A stretch of DNA of 63,823 bases, filler included, from Folioceros fuciformis (GCA_049999805.1; 25 parts of 25 records of this genome joined end to end with filler, not necessarily neighbours in it), one strand, 5' to 3'; positions 21,942-35,840 are shown, counted from the whole stretch's first letter. The notes: generated by a model not told the origin, from the letters alone. Numbers and translations: made by a program.

Positions 21942-23849
21942 CGTTGTAACTATCTTTTGCTAAGCAATGCAAAGCTTGCTTGCGTCTACCGATCATGGTA
22001 TCAGAGCTGCGTTCTGGATTCACAGCGCGCGCTAACTCCCAGCGTATGCGTTTGAGGATTCCCTGCGTCAAATCCGGCTTTTCTGGGTTTTTTGCAGAAT
22101 TTTCTCTCGACCTGCGATTTGTGCTTATTAAATTCCTTGTTCTAGCGTGTGTGACCTGACAACTCTGGACAGGTGCGCTATGGATGTGACAGTCCCTTGT
22201 GTGCAGATGCCTTCATGTACCTCGCCTGTAAGAATGCACACAAGAGTCCTAGTTAGTACCATAGCATGCCTGGCCACAGGAAACATCAACGTCTAGCGAG
22301 GAGAGCACAACGCCAGCAATCCCTATCGGAGTGGTTGGCAGCCAGGGATGAGGAATATATGCGTACCCTTGGATCTACACGATGGCAACAAGTGTGGGCC
22401 AGGATCAGCATTATTCTTGAGTTGATGGCGACTAATATTCTGCAAGGGTATTTCGCACTGGACGAGTATGACTGGAGCTCCATCAACGTTACTGACCTTG
22501 TTTAGCAAAATGTTGCACATTGTTCGCAACTTTCATCTATATTTGCCATCCTCAGAATCCTCGGTGTATTCTCTATTCTATGGTCACCTTCGTGATTTAT
22601 TCTCCAGCAAACTTGTACAACCAACAGCTATTTTAGTAGAGCTGTTTGCAAGACATATTCTATTCTATGTAAGGGAAGAGTATGATCTGAATGAGGTGGA
22701 GGTTCTGGATGTTACCTTCAAGCTGCACTATGAGCCTAGCTAGTTCCCTTCTGTCAAGGCTACCTATGTGCCGCTGATTTTATAGAAACATCTGTAGTGA
22801 ACGATGGCCCAACAGCAGATCTCCAATCCTTCTTTGATAACTATACCCAAGGAGGATAAATTTGATGGAGAGAATTTTCTAGTCTGGAAGTTTTGGATGA
22901 CTGAACTCTTCAAGTCTAGGAAGCTGTGGGACCACGTTCATGGTGTTGGCTCCCCTCCAGTGCCAACACCTAAACCACCTACGACACAACCTGATGAGTT
23001 AGCGCAGTGGTTAGAAAATGATCAGCTTGCACGAACTCTTATGCAGTTTAGTGTTAAAAGCTCACATATTGGAGTCTTCCAAGGAGCGGAGGAGACATCC
23101 AATGCCTGGTGGAAACAAGTCCTCCTAGTGTATGATTCTTGAGATCTCATGTTACAGACCTTGGTCCTCAAGCAGTTCAGCACCTTGAGAATAAACGAAG
23201 GTGATACTATAGACAAACATGTCTTGGCCTTTAGAAACTGGAGGGGCCGTATGATCTCAGCAGGTTTTAACCTTGAAGAAGAGCTAATGGCGGTAATCCT
23301 ACTTACCACATTGCCAGATACCTGGTCTAGCATTGTACAAGTGCTCCAAGACTCCCCTACAATCACAGTAAATAGGGTTATTTCTGCTATGCTAATTGAA
23401 GAATCACGGCGTAAGATAGCAAACACCACTCTTGGCGCTAGTGGTGACAAGGCCCTATACCTGAACAAGTCAAGCAGAGGTCGAGGCCGTGGACGTACCT
23501 TCACGAGGGGTCGTGGAGGCAGGGGTGGAAGAGGAGGATTTCATCCTCAGAACTTTGGGGGTGGAAGGCCAAAGCCCCCATGTACGCATTGTGGAATGAC
23601 TAATCATTCTTGGGAAACCTGTCGAAAAAGGCTGGCAGGAGAGAGTAGTAACCCCTCAAGCCACTTGGCTGTCACCATGAGAAGATACAGCCGAGCTTTC
23701 CTGACAAGCATCAGTCCCATAGTGAATTCTCCACTTGTACAGCAGCAGCAGCAGCAACAACATTTCTGCAACGTCGTATCATGGTATGCCAATCAAGCAG
23801 AGAGCACATGGTACATTGACAGCGGGGCTTCTCAGCACATGACACCCCA
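21942..23849 (+). mobile_element. Copia 5' end: LTR end, PBS (21996-22007), upstream ORF, gag (from 22804, TGA at 23140) and protease start
   Basis: TGGTATCAGAGC; KFDGENFLVW, CTHCGMTNHSWETC, WYIDSGASQHM. Confidence 0.93.
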
Positions 23850-26800
23850 TGCTTTAGAGATGGAGATGATAAAGAAGAAGCTGTTATTTTTAAGATACAG
23901 TCTGCCGTTAAATAGGCTTACATAAAATGGTTCGTAACTGCTGCTTGATTTTAACTGTTTTATAAAACTACTAAAACTGATTAAATTGTTTATGTATTAT
24001 AACCCTAATGAAACGTGCCCTAGAACTTAAGTCCACTGGTGTATGTGAGAACACGTTTATGTACCAACACTCCCCCTCAACAGTGACTTGGTTCTAGATT
24101 GCGGAGCTCAGATGGCTGCCATGTTGCATGTGATTCTTCAGTTCCCGCTGAGTGTCTTGTCGAGCATCTGGTGGTTGTTGCAGATCATGAGTCACTTGAT
24201 TTCAACTGTGAGTGACAAGATTGCGAGTATGGAAAGGACTGACTGAGATGCAGTGTGGAGTCGCCAAGGGTGGAGGTCCCATTGTTGAAGGAACTTCTTT
24301 TTTATTGTGGCTGTTGTGCTCCCCCTGTAGCTGCGCCAGAGGGTGGATTGCAGAGGCCTAAATAGGTCTCCTTGCTGATAAGACCAATGCCTTGCACATG
24401 TCTCTCATGCAGGTGCTTTGATAAAACCTTGGTTATAAGATCTGCAGTGTTATCTGTTGTATTCACGTATTGCAATGTTACTTGCTTACTAGCTACCACT
24501 TGCCTAATAAAGTGATGCTGTATCTCCACGTGTTTAGTTCGTGCATGCAGGACGGGGTTCAGAGTCATAGCTATTGCTGATTGATTGTCACATTGGAGAA
24601 CTGTAGGCTGATGCTGCTCCTCTCCGATATCTTTCACGAATTGTTGAATCCACAAAATTTCCTTTGCTGCTAGTGAGGTTGCTGCGTATTCTGCCTTTGT
24701 TGAAGAGAGGCATAAAGTGGGCATCTTCTTACACGCCCATGAGATGCATCCCCCATTCATCATCATACAGTAAGCAGCTGTGGATCGTCGAGCATCTGGG
24801 TCTCCTGCCCAGTCTGCATCTGAGAAGGAGGTAAGTGTAAGCTTCTGCTTAGGATCGCTTCCATAGTAAAGGCCAAGTGTTTTTGTGCCCTTCAAGTATC
24901 GCAGGATACGCTTAACATGTGTCCAGTGTGCCACTCCAGGGTTTGAGAGATATCGTGAGGCAATATTAATGGCCTGAGCCACATCTGGTCGAGTCCATAT
25001 AGCCAAGTACAAAATACTTCCTACTGCCTCGCTATAAGGTATATTTACCATCTCCATTTGCTCCTCTGGAGTAGTAGGGCAGTTTTCTGCTGATATTTTA
25101 TCACCTAATGCAATAGGGGTTGCAACAGGCTTTGCCTCTTTGAGGTTGAAGCGTTCCAGCAGCTGTTCAACATAATGTGATTGATGTATGAAGAACGCAT
25201 GATTCTTGGAATCTCTCTCAAATTGAACGCCAAGAGCGTATTTCAGCTGTCCAAGGTCAGAAACTTTATACTCCTTGGTCAAAAGGTCTTTTACTTTCTG
25301 TATATAAGCCGAATCATTTCCAAAAATGAAATTATCGTCAACGTAAAGTGTCACAATGGCGAATTTCTCTCCATTTCTTATAAGGTAAACATTGGGGTCA
25401 GCAATTAGTGGAACGAATCCGCATTTCTTTAGATACTGATCTATGGTCTCGTTCCAAACCTGAGCCAATTGTTTGAGGCCATACAGTGACTTTAGGAGCC
25501 GGCACACCTTCTTGCTGTCCTCCACAAACCCTGGTGGTTGCAACATATATATTTCTTCGTTAAGTGTCCCATATAAAAAGCTATTTTTATGTCAACCTGA
25601 TGAATGTCGAGGTGGTAGTGTGCAGCAAAAGCCAAGAAAATTCGGATGGAGGTTGATTTGACAACTGGGCTACACAGACGATTCTCCTCGTAATCAAAAC
25701 CCAGGGATCTGTGTAAATCCTCTCGCGACAAGTCGTCCTTTATACCTTAACACTGTGCCGTCAGGATTTAGCTTCTTCCGAAATGTCCATTTACATGATA
25801 TGGGCTTTCTGCCCGGGGGCAAGTCTGTCAATTCCCAAGTCATATTAGCAATAAGGGATTCATACTCATCTTTTGCAGCTGCTGTCCACTCTGGAGATTT
25901 AAAAGCCTCTTCTATTGTAAGTGGGACTCCCTGCATTTCGATTGCCGATAATGCTTGGTGAAGAGCTATTTGAGCTTGCTGCTGTTGAGTATCTGCAGGT
26001 GTTTCAATTGCTGTAATTTGCCTCTGAGTAAGGGTATCTCCTGGTACGTATGGAGGTTCCTTCCATGCATCTCGAGGAGGCCTATGGCGAGATGATCGTC
26101 TGGGAAGTTGCTGCAAAGGTTCTGTGGTAGGTAAAAAAGGTTCAGGAGTACCTGGGGTTTCGTTTACCTCTGTATGCTGACTTGAAACAGGAGGTTGATA
26201 AAGAGGTGGTGTCTGAGGAAGGGAGACTACAGGCTGAGGGTCTGGGATAGAAAACTATTGATGTACCTCTTGAGATTGTGAGTCAAGATCATCAGGATCA
26301 TAATGGGCCCCCTCAAGATTAAGAGGGGCATCAGCGAATGAGTGACCATAAAGGCTGGGATCAGGAAGAGGAGTAGTAGTTTGAGTACTGGTGAGGTAAT
26401 AGTTTAATACGCTGCCTTCGTTAAACTGAGCACTTCTAGAGTAAATGACCTCTCGGCTATGGGGGTCAAATAACTTGTATGCCTTGACGTGATCTGAATA
26501 CCCTATAAACAAGAGTTTTTGACTTTTGTCATCCCATTTACTGCGATTCGCGTCAGCGATGTGCGCAAAGGCTGGGCTCCCAAAAATACGTAAGTGTGAA
26601 ATTCTAGGGGAATGACCTGTCCATCTTTCAAAAGTGTGACATTTGGCAAGTCTTTGGTTGGGAGTCTATTCTTAAGATAGGTAGCAGTGGAGGCTGCCTC
26701 TGCCCAATAACCCTTAGTTAGACCTGCCAACTTAAGGAGTGACCTAGAAATTTCAAGGATGGACCGATTGAGCCGCTCTGCAAAAGGGTTTTGTGATGGG

Positions 26801-26900
26801 GTATGGGGGACAATTAGCTGCCTAAGAATGCCCTTGAGTTTACAAAATGACTGGAAAGCTTGGCTTGTATACTCACCTGCATTGTCTGTGCGTAGGGTAC
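23850..26900 (-). mobile_element. Second copia nested in the first: integrase, RT, RNase H (24302-26900), PPT 24070-24080, 3' LTR 23850-24069
   Basis: RTDNAGEY, WAEAASTA, MFIGYS, YVDD, SDADWAGD; TTGAGGGGGAG followed by TGTTGG. Confidence 0.95.
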
Positions 26901-27528
26901 TGTGGAGACCACATGGTAGATAGGTGTCTTAAAAATGGGTAGTATTTNNNNNNNNNNNNNNNNNNNNNNNNNNNNNNNNNNNNNNNNNNNNTTAATTAAT
27001 TAANNNNNNNNNNNNNNNNNNNNNNNNNNNNNNNNNNNNNNNNNNNNTTTCTCATTCAAGCTTGAGTTCGGCACTTCATGAAGGCACTCCACGACTGCGT
27101 GAAGGACGTCCAATAACCACGCGTCCAGATAGCACACTTGCAAGACAACGGCCACTAAATTCCGATGCATGGGGAGAAAGCGATGAGGAATTGCTGGTGA
27201 TCTCTCCATCTGTATGGCAATCAAAACAAATTACGAGGCGCCAGGATCAGCAAAATGGTGCTCAAATTCCAATCTCCAATCCAGGGCTGAGATCGCCCTC
27301 ACAGGGCGCACATCTGCAAGTCGGAGGCGCGCCGGATTGCGCCCCAGGCAGCCAGATCCGGTCGGGCGCGCCAGAGATTGGAGGGGGAGCGCCGGAGCGC
27401 GTGGTGGGCGCGGCCAGATTCGGTCGGTCGCGGGTGGAGGAGGCGTGCCTCCACGCAAGGGGGGGGCGCTAAGCGGTATAACTGCCCCGCCTCTTCGTCC
27501 GGTCGCCCTGAACGCCGAACCAGTACAA

Positions 27529-27556
27529 CCGGTATCCAACTTAAGTTGGATACCGG
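27529..27556. repeat. Perfect 28-bp palindrome CCGGTATCCAACTTAAGTTGGATACCGG
   Basis: Directly visible. Confidence 0.97.
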
Positions 27557-28799
27557 GTGGTGGGGGGGGGGCACCCGTTCAACGAATGGGTGTGACCCCC
27601 GGTTATTTTTTTGAGGCCTCTAATTCAACAATATTTTCTACTAATAATTTCTTTTCGGGCATTTCTAAAGCAGAATTCCCTGGTGATAATCGTGGAGCTC
27701 CTCCCCGACCACGACGGTTCCTAGCTATGCGACGTGTCCCACCTGAGCACGATTTCCAAGCAAATACTTCAAAATTGTTGCCAACCCTGGTAGTTGTCAA
27801 AGAGGAACCTAAATCTCCTTCGCACAGCTTTGAGGCTCTAGAAGCTGCTTATACCGAATACAAGTACAACGAGGCTCTATCTCAAACTTCCACCCTGGAC
27901 CAGCGCTCTCAACACTATCTTAAGCTTTGGGAGTCCATCTCCAATTTGGTGCATGACGTGGAAATTGTACGCAAACTTGAATCCAGCCTCGATCGGGAAA
28001 CAACTCCAGAGAGCTCTCACTTGCTGTAGTTACCGGATAGTGATCCATAGGTGGTTGAAGTGACATTTCTAAANNNNNNNNNNNNNNNNNNNNNNNNNNN
28101 NNNNNNNNNNNNNNNNNTTAATTAATTAANNNNNNNNNNNNNNNNNNNNNNNNNNNNNNNNNNNNNNNNNNNNTGGGCAGTTGGGGGAAGATTCATGGGA
28201 AGGAACAATGCTTCTGTGGGGCTTGGAACAGTCAACCTTGGCAGCTTCGAATGCATTCATGAGCCATACATTCCTACCCCTACAATAGGATGTGTGCTGG
28301 CCGCTACCTATGAGTCGCCTTTTATCGATGGGATGGTATCGGGGTGGAGGAATCCGAGCATGGCGCTCAGCGAACAACTGTACGCGTTGAACTGCCAGGA
28401 CGAGTGTAGCTTAGCGTTACGACAAGTTGAGGGACTCATGAAGCAAGTCGATGGATAGTAAGGTCCATTTGGGGAATTCTAGCCCTTTGAAGGTTGTTGC
28501 ATTGATGCCGTTTTGGGAGAAGTTGCACGTGATTCGCAACAACATCAGCATTACTTTGGTGAATGTGGCGTGGGGATTTCTGAAGATGTGGTAGGGTGGT
28601 TCTGCTGCCATGAACCAATTGCCCCAGCCAGGACGGGACAACTTTAGTAGACCAAAGGAGCTCCATGGTCAGTAGGATGGACGTGGGAGGACTTGAAGAA
28701 GGTGGAGGCCCTTGGGAAGGTACAGGATGATTTGAGGGAGGTGAGGGAAGTTGTGGAGATGCACTGATGATTTTGGTAGGGGGGTAACGAGTAATGAGT

Positions 28800-30010
28800 G
28801 TCAAAGGGGTAGCTGGCAACCCCTCATAGGTCGGCATTAGGGTTAGGATTAGGTCATAGTAGGGTTAGGATTAGGTTGGAGTTAGGGCTAGGGTTTTGGC
28901 AAGCGTGAGAGGGATTGCCAAGCGTGTAACTGATGCTAATCTTGTAAGACAGTGATTGAAGGATCCCTCCAACAGCTACATGGTGAAGGAGGAGAGGAGG
29001 AAGCAAGGAAGCAAGGAGGAGAGGAGAAAGAGAGATCACACTCTCACACAGAGACTCATTGTAAGGGAGCTAAGGGGTATTCATACCCTCTAGAAAAGCT
29101 CCCTAGGAAGCTTCACAAGAAGCGCACAGGAAGCTGCGCAAGAAGCTTCCTACAGATTAGCTTAAGCTAATCTAAACTAATGATACTTAACTAGACACTC
29201 ATCTTAGACTAAACACATTAGTCTAAGCACGTTGGGCTTTAATAACCATACAGTGATGGGGGTTCTTGGCCAAGATAGTATAAGGGGCCAAACCTGTCAC
29301 TGGGGAGGAGTAGTCTTTTGGTGTGATTCCCCTTATCCCTTGAGTGCAGGCTGCCGGATTAGGACGCTGATCTGGTGTGAGAGTGCACCTTGGGCTTGAT
29401 CCCCTTGCCACTAGGGGGATGTGGTGGATCCCTAGGTTGCCAAGATTTGTGTGGCCAGATCCGCAGTTGTTGATTCCTTTTGCATGCTGGCTAAGGTGCC
29501 TTGACGTCCCTAGGTGGGTTTCCAAGGTAAGATTTGCCGGGCTGTGAGCCAAGGAGGCTATCCAACCCAAGACTTCACATCTCTGCCTTAAGGCTGTAAG
29601 TAGGGAAGGTTGCTATATTGCAAATTCCAGGGTTGGAGAGTTGTGTTGCACATTTCAGGGTGCTGAAGTGGGGAGTTGGATCTGAGTGTTGGAGCTAGAG
29701 TTGAGGCTGGGGAGTGGAGTTGAGACTAAAGATTGGTGTTGAAGACTAGAGATTGGAGCTGAGGTTGAAGATTGGAGGTTGGGGCTGAGGTTGGAGCTTG
29801 CCATTGGGGTAGGAGTTTCTTTTTCAGCTGCTGGGACAACTGGTGCTAGGAATAAAGCTATGGAGTCTAACCTAACTGCTGTAGCCACTGTTAGGGTTAG
29901 GTAGGAGCGGATAGGTAGGATCAGGTTAGTACGTTAGGGTAGATTAGTGGACTGCCTTGACACGAGATCACTCCCTTGGGAACGGATCTCAGGACCACAA
30001 CGAGAATAAA
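28800..30010 (+). mobile_element. Diverged family C LTR segment (host of the solo LTR)
   Basis: TTAGG tract, CCCCTTGCCACTAGGGG and CACTCCCTTGGGA motifs as in 20541-21665. Confidence 0.6.
28957..29252 (-). mobile_element. Copia family A solo LTR with perfect 5-bp TSD GTGAT, inside a family C LTR
   Basis: GTGAT at 28952-28956 and 29253-29257; TG...CA termini. Confidence 0.93.
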
Positions 30011-30780
30011 GGCTAATGTGGACCTTTTGGTAATTCTTGGGTTGAAAGAGTTGCTCCATAAAGCAGTAGCAGCACTCATGAAGCCCGGGGAGGTAAGGGC
30101 TAACAATGGTTGGGTGGTCAAGCAGTTGGTCTTGGCGCAACTGGTTGGGTTGGCCAAGTGGATCCTATGCTTTCTCCAGAGCAAAAAGCTGGATCATATG
30201 GCAGATCACTTCATGGTTTTTCTCCATCACGTACTTTAAGGTGCATAGGTGGACTAGGGTAGGATTATTTTTGAGCGGGCCTATGAGGAAAGAGCAAATT
30301 TATTGGCTGCCTCCTTGCACCCCTCCCTCATCTCACCCTTTCTGATCCACATTTTTATGCACTCTAAGTGTTTAGCCGAGCTGGAAATCGTGTTCTCTTC
30401 ACAGCTAGAAACTAGTCAGAAAAGTTAAGGTGGAAGAGGAAGAGGCCGAAGGAAACCTTAGGAGAAGACTTCAGCAGCTGGGAGCTTGAATCCCCTAGAG
30501 ACTGAGGGGGAAGCCACGAAAGTCCGGAAGAGGAAGAGTTGGGCGATAAAGCAAGGTGTGGCTAAGAAAGGGAAGACCCTAACTGGTGAATAGGAGGTGG
30601 CGACCACGACTTGTATCACCAGGTCCAAGGCTGCCACATAATCGCGAGAAGAACTGGAAAAGGGGAAAAGGCAAACTACTTTTGCCACGGCGCTGAAAAA
30701 CGATGGGCTGAGGATTAAGAAGACTATAGTTGGGATAGGAGGGTTAGAGCCGGTGGCGGAGGGTTCCGAGGAGTGGGAGG
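30010..30780 (+). pseudogene. Decayed copy of the accessory ORF
   Basis: ALMKPGEVRANNGWVVKQLVLAQLVGLAKWILCFLQSKKLDH; SPFLIH. Confidence 0.65.
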
Positions 30781-31454
30781 CTATCTTCGGGGCCACTCCC
30801 TTGAATTGACCAATTGGGGTGGGAGCAGAGGGCATAGCCCGAGTAAAAGAGTGGCTTTGGAGTAAGAAATTGCATGTAGATGTAGATTTATTATAAAAAT
30901 AACATTGTATATATTCAAGAAGAGAGAGTAAGTAAAACATTGAAACTAAACTCAACTTAACTATTCATGAATGGGTGTGACTATTCATAACAGTCACCAA
31001 GAGGTAAGACATTTTAAACAATACACACAATATGAAACTAGATATAATATAACCTTAATCTCATTATGCCAACATCAATACTCCTTCACTCCCACTTGTT
31101 TGATTCGGACGTCTCCTCTTCGCCTTCTCTAACACGGGTCGAATGTGAGACTGTGAGCTGAGCTAAAAGCTCTTCACCTTCTCTAACACGAATCGAATGT
31201 GAGACTGTGAGTTGAGCTGAAAGCTCCGCTGTGTGTGTATGTACTAGGTTGCGCCGACACCTTTGCCTTTAAAGAAAGGCGATGGAGCGTATCTGTACAA
31301 ACTTGGGCAGCAGGTGCATTGCGACCCTTATAGCATCCCTCTTCACTTCAAGTCNNNNNNNNNNNNNNNNNNNNNNNNNNNNNNNNNNNNNNNNNNNNTT
31401 AATTAATTAANNNNNNNNNNNNNNNNNNNNNNNNNNNNNNNNNNNNNNNNNNNN

Positions 31455-33101
31455 GCCAGCCGCCAGCAGCTGGGCCACTGCTGGCCCGGCCACCTGCTAG
31501 ATCGCCTACACTCTTCCCCCTCCCGGCCAGGCGGCTACCTGGCTGCCCAGCCGGATCTACTTGCCAGTCCGACCGGCCCTGGCCGCTGCTTGCATGCTGA
31601 CGACCCGGGCTACCTGCTCCTTGAGCCTGCGGCCAGCCGGATCCCGGCCCGCCCCAGCCCGGATTCAATCCCGGCCTGTCCTGCCCAGAGCGCCCTGCCG
31701 ACAGCCCGCCTCTAGCGTCCTGCCAGGCCGACAGCGCCACCCTGGACGGCACTAGGCTGCCTGTCTACAGTCGGGCCGGGCTGCCTGCCTGCAGTCGGAC
31801 GAAGCTGCCTGTTACCAGGCGTGACCAACCACAACCAGCCTAGGCGCCCAGCCAGGCCTCCTGCACTCCGGCTGGCCGATTTGCCCAGGCAGGTCGGCAG
31901 TCCGATCAGCCAACCTGTCCGCCCTGATCCGACTGGCCGACAGCCTGCTTGGGATCTTGCAGCCAGGCTACTGTCTAGCTTCTTGATCTCGCCCCGGCCA
32001 TCTAGATTTCCTAGCCAGCTGTCCTGATGAACGCGATCCAGGATAGCCAGTCATGTCTGAACCCTGCGTCGCCTGGTTGCCGCTATCAGGCTGCCCCTTG
32101 TGCCTGTGGCCAGCCGGTCCTGCGGCCCAGCAGAGATCCTAGCTGGGATCCAATCCCGGCAGCTTGCTTGCCACCGGCGGGCTGGGCTGCTTGGCTAAGC
32201 TCCTCAGCTGGCCATCACCAGCCAGCAGCCCCTCTACCATCCTTCTCGCATACCTGGCCCCCCTCCTGGCCAGCACGATCTGAATCAGCCAGAGGCCCGT
32301 CTGGCTACGATCCAACGCCACCTTAGGCTGTCCAGCCCAGCTGCGACCAGCCGCCATGGCCAGGCCACCTGCCCAGCCAGCCTGAATCCGGCTGGCCGCC
32401 AGCCTGCTTGGGCCCTGCAGCCAGGCTGCTGCTTGGCTTCCGGATCCGGATCCGGCCCAACCTGCTGCGTCTTGATCTGCCCCTGTAGCCGGCCAGCGGC
32501 CGCCTGACCTGAGCCTCACCTGCCAGCCTTACCAGCCAGCCTCCAGCGCTGCCTTTGGGCTGCCTAGTTCAGATCTGCCTTTGCCGATCGATCCGGCTGC
32601 TAGTAGGCCTGGATCACCAGACCCCGCGTAGCCTGGATTCCTACAGCCTCTAGGCTGTTGGGTCGCTGGCCAGCATCTGCCTGGACCAGCTGCTAGTCAG
32701 TGCCAGATCCGCCTGTCCTCCCGGACCCGGTCATGCAGCCCGCTGCTGGGCCGCCTACTGTTGGTCGGGTCTGTCCCCTCGTAGTGCTGCCTGCCTTCTA
32801 CCGGGCTGGGACGGCTGTAGGCTAAGCTCTTTAGCCGCCTCCTCCAACTAGCAGAACGCCCTTGCTAGACCCCACCGCCAGCCGGCCTACTCCCACTGCT
32901 GTCGACGATCCGGCCAGCCCGCCGCTTGGCCATGGTCCAGCCAGTCGGCCTGGCTGCCTAGATCCGCAGGCCCGCATGCCTGCTTGCAGCCGGCCCAGGT
33001 TCACTGCTGTCGAGACTCCTCAGCAGCCCATCACCTGCCATCAACCGGCATGCCGGCTGCCCATGCGTGCCTCCCGGATCCGGCCAGCCAGCCAGCCTAC
33101 C
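31455..33101 (-). repeat. GC-rich degenerate repeat, internal part of the large LTR family
   Basis: Low-complexity CCAGCC/GGCC units similar to 18084-19278 and 49400-50351. Confidence 0.55.
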
Positions 33102-33201
33102 NNNNNNNNNNNNNNNNNNNNNNNNNNNNNNNNNNNNNNNNNNNNTTAATTAATTAANNNNNNNNNNNNNNNNNNNNNNNNNNNNNNNNNNNNNNNNNNN
33201 N

Positions 33202-35715
33202 ATACCCTCTAGAAGAGCTCCCTAGGAAGCTTCACAAGAAGCTCACAGGAAGCTGCGCAAGAAGCTTCCTACAGATTAGCTTAAGCTAATCTAAACTAAT
33301 GATACTTAACTAGACACTAATCTTAGACTAAACACATTAGTCTAAGTACATTAACTAGACACTAATATTAGACTAAACACATTAGCCTAAGCACATTGGG
33401 CTTTAATAACCCTACAACCTCCCACTTCAAGGCTTATTTACCTTCATAAGAGAGTGGTCTAGCTCATGCCCATGAGTGTCCGAGCTTGTGCGAATTGCTC
33501 CGTAGAGAGCCCCTTGGTAAGAACATCTGCAGGGTTCTGACTGGTGTGAACTTTGACAAGCTGTACCCTCTTGTCTTCCAACACCTCTCGAATGAAGTGA
33601 TACTTCACTTTCACATGTTTGGTCTTCGCATGAAACACTGGATTCTTCGCCAACTGGATAGCACTCTGGCTATCACAATGCAACACTGGCAGCTCACCCT
33701 TGATCCCCAAATCTCCCACTAAACGAGCAAGCCACATGGCTTCCTTGCAAGCCTTAGTCGCTGCAACATACTCGGCCTCTGTGGTAGATAGCGTTATGCA
33801 CAATTGCAAACGAGATCGCCATGAGACTGCCCCTCCAGTGCACATGAAGACATAACCTGATGTGGACCTCCTGTTGTCCATATCTCCTGCATAATCAGCA
33901 TTCGTATATCCCACTACAGATGCATCTTCACTACCAAAACATAAGCACAAAGCTTTTGTACCATTCAAATACCTCATAACTCCTTTCACTGCCTCCCAAT
34001 GCTTCCTGCCAGGGTTTGCAATGAACCTGCTAACCACTCCCACTGCAAAAGCAATGTTAGGACGTGTAGCAATCATTGCATACATCAAACTCCCTACAGC
34101 TGATGAGTATGGAACCTTATCCATTTCAGCTTTATCCTCCGCAGAACTTGGGCAATCCTTGCTCGAAAGTTTCACATATGGAGGCAACGGAGTACTTAAG
34201 ACCTTCCCCTTCTCCATATTGAAACGTTGGAGCACCTTGTTAATGTATTCTGTCTGAGACAAGTACATCAAACGCTTCTGTCTGTCTCGACGAATACGCA
34301 TGCCAAGAATATGGCTTGCCTCCCCCAAGTCTATCATGTCAAAGCGACCATTCAACTTTGATTGCAACGCTGAAATCTCATCAATATTAGTCCCAGCAAT
34401 TAGCATATCATCCACATAGAGGACTAGAACGAGCAAGCTTCCATCCTTAGCTTGCTTCGTATAGAGGCAATGATCCATATTGCTACGCTTGTAGCCTTGA
34501 GAAAGCATAAATGAGTGGAACTTGAAATACCACTCCCTGGGTGCCTGCTTCAAACCATAAAGGCTCTTCTTTAACTTGCACACCAGACTCTCTTTGCCCT
34601 TCTCAATGAAACCCTCTGGTTGCTGCATGTATACCTCTTCCTGGAGATCACCATGCAGAAATGCCGACTTCACATCCATCTGGACAAGTTCCATGTCCTT
34701 CCTCGCAACCAGACCAAGAACACATCTCAAGGTAGTCATTTTGACATCTGGTAAGAAAATCTCATCAAAGTCAATACCTTGCTGTTGCTTAAAACCTTTA
34801 GCAACCAATCGTGCCTTGTACTTAGGTTTGCCATAATGGGGTATGTCCTTCATCTTATACACCCATTTGCATGGCAACGCCTTCTTGCCCTTAGGCAACC
34901 GAACCAACTCCCAAGTTTGGTTCTTATAGAGCGAATCCATCTGCGACTGCATCGCCTTCTCCCACTTGTTTTTGTCAGTCACTGACATGGCCTCTTGGTA
35001 ACAAAAGGGCTCCCCACAATCCATCAGCATGACATAATCAAGAGATGCAACATACCTGTCAGGAGGACGTGAGATCTTTCCTGACCTACGAAGCACTAGC
35101 GCCTCGACCGGAGCTGGTTGGACTCTCTCCTCGTCTACAAGTGGAGGAACTTGTTCCTACACATCACGATGTTCAGCCTGCGCGGGACGATCAAGTCCAT
35201 CTTCTTGGAAGACCACTCGTCGCACCTCCACAGTTGGTGTAGGCTTCTTATGCATCTTGGTCTCATTGAAGAACACATCATTGCTGCGAACCATCCTCTT
35301 GGCTTCTGGATCCCACAGACGGTATCCCATCTCACCAGATTCACCATAGCCAAGAAAAATACATTTTCTTGACTTAGGAGCCAACTTGTCGCAAAACTCC
35401 TTCGGAACATGGTAGTATGCCTCGCAGCCAAACACTCGTAGATGTTTGTATGACGGCTTCTTTCCAGACCACATCTCCTCTGGAACCTATTCATCCACAG
35501 CCCTATTAGGAGATCTGTTAATAAGATGCACTGCCGTAACCACCGCTTCTGCCCAAAATCCGTTAGGCAATCCATAGTTTGACAACAAACTACGCATCCT
35601 CTCCTGGATGGTCCTGTTCATCCGCTCAGCCAGGGAGGAGTATACGGTGCAGTCAATTCTCTCTTGATTCCCTTGGAATCATAGAATGACTGGAAAGCCT
35701 TCGAGACATACTCTC
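33202..35715 (-). mobile_element. Copia family A 3' half: integrase, open RT-RNase H ORF (33459-35096), PPT 33417-33428, 3' LTR to 33416
   Basis: [53 protein letters not shown] then TGTAGGG. Confidence 0.97.
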
Positions 35716-35840
35716 NNNNNNNNNNNNNNNNNNNNNNNNNNNNNNNNNNNNNNNNNNNNTTAATTAATTAANNNNNNNNNNNNNNNNNNNNNNNNNNNNN
35801 NNNNNNNNNNNNNNNGTGTGTCTTCGTGTTTGGTGTGGTG

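Noticed and set aside
22990-23020. CTGATGA...GAAA hammerhead core
   Set aside because: Inside gag coding sequence; no supporting stems found here or at other CTGATGA hits
31122-31226. ~55-bp direct duplication next to an AT-rich LTR-like block
   Set aside because: Only two copies, typical of retrotransposon 3' UTRs; element boundaries unclear
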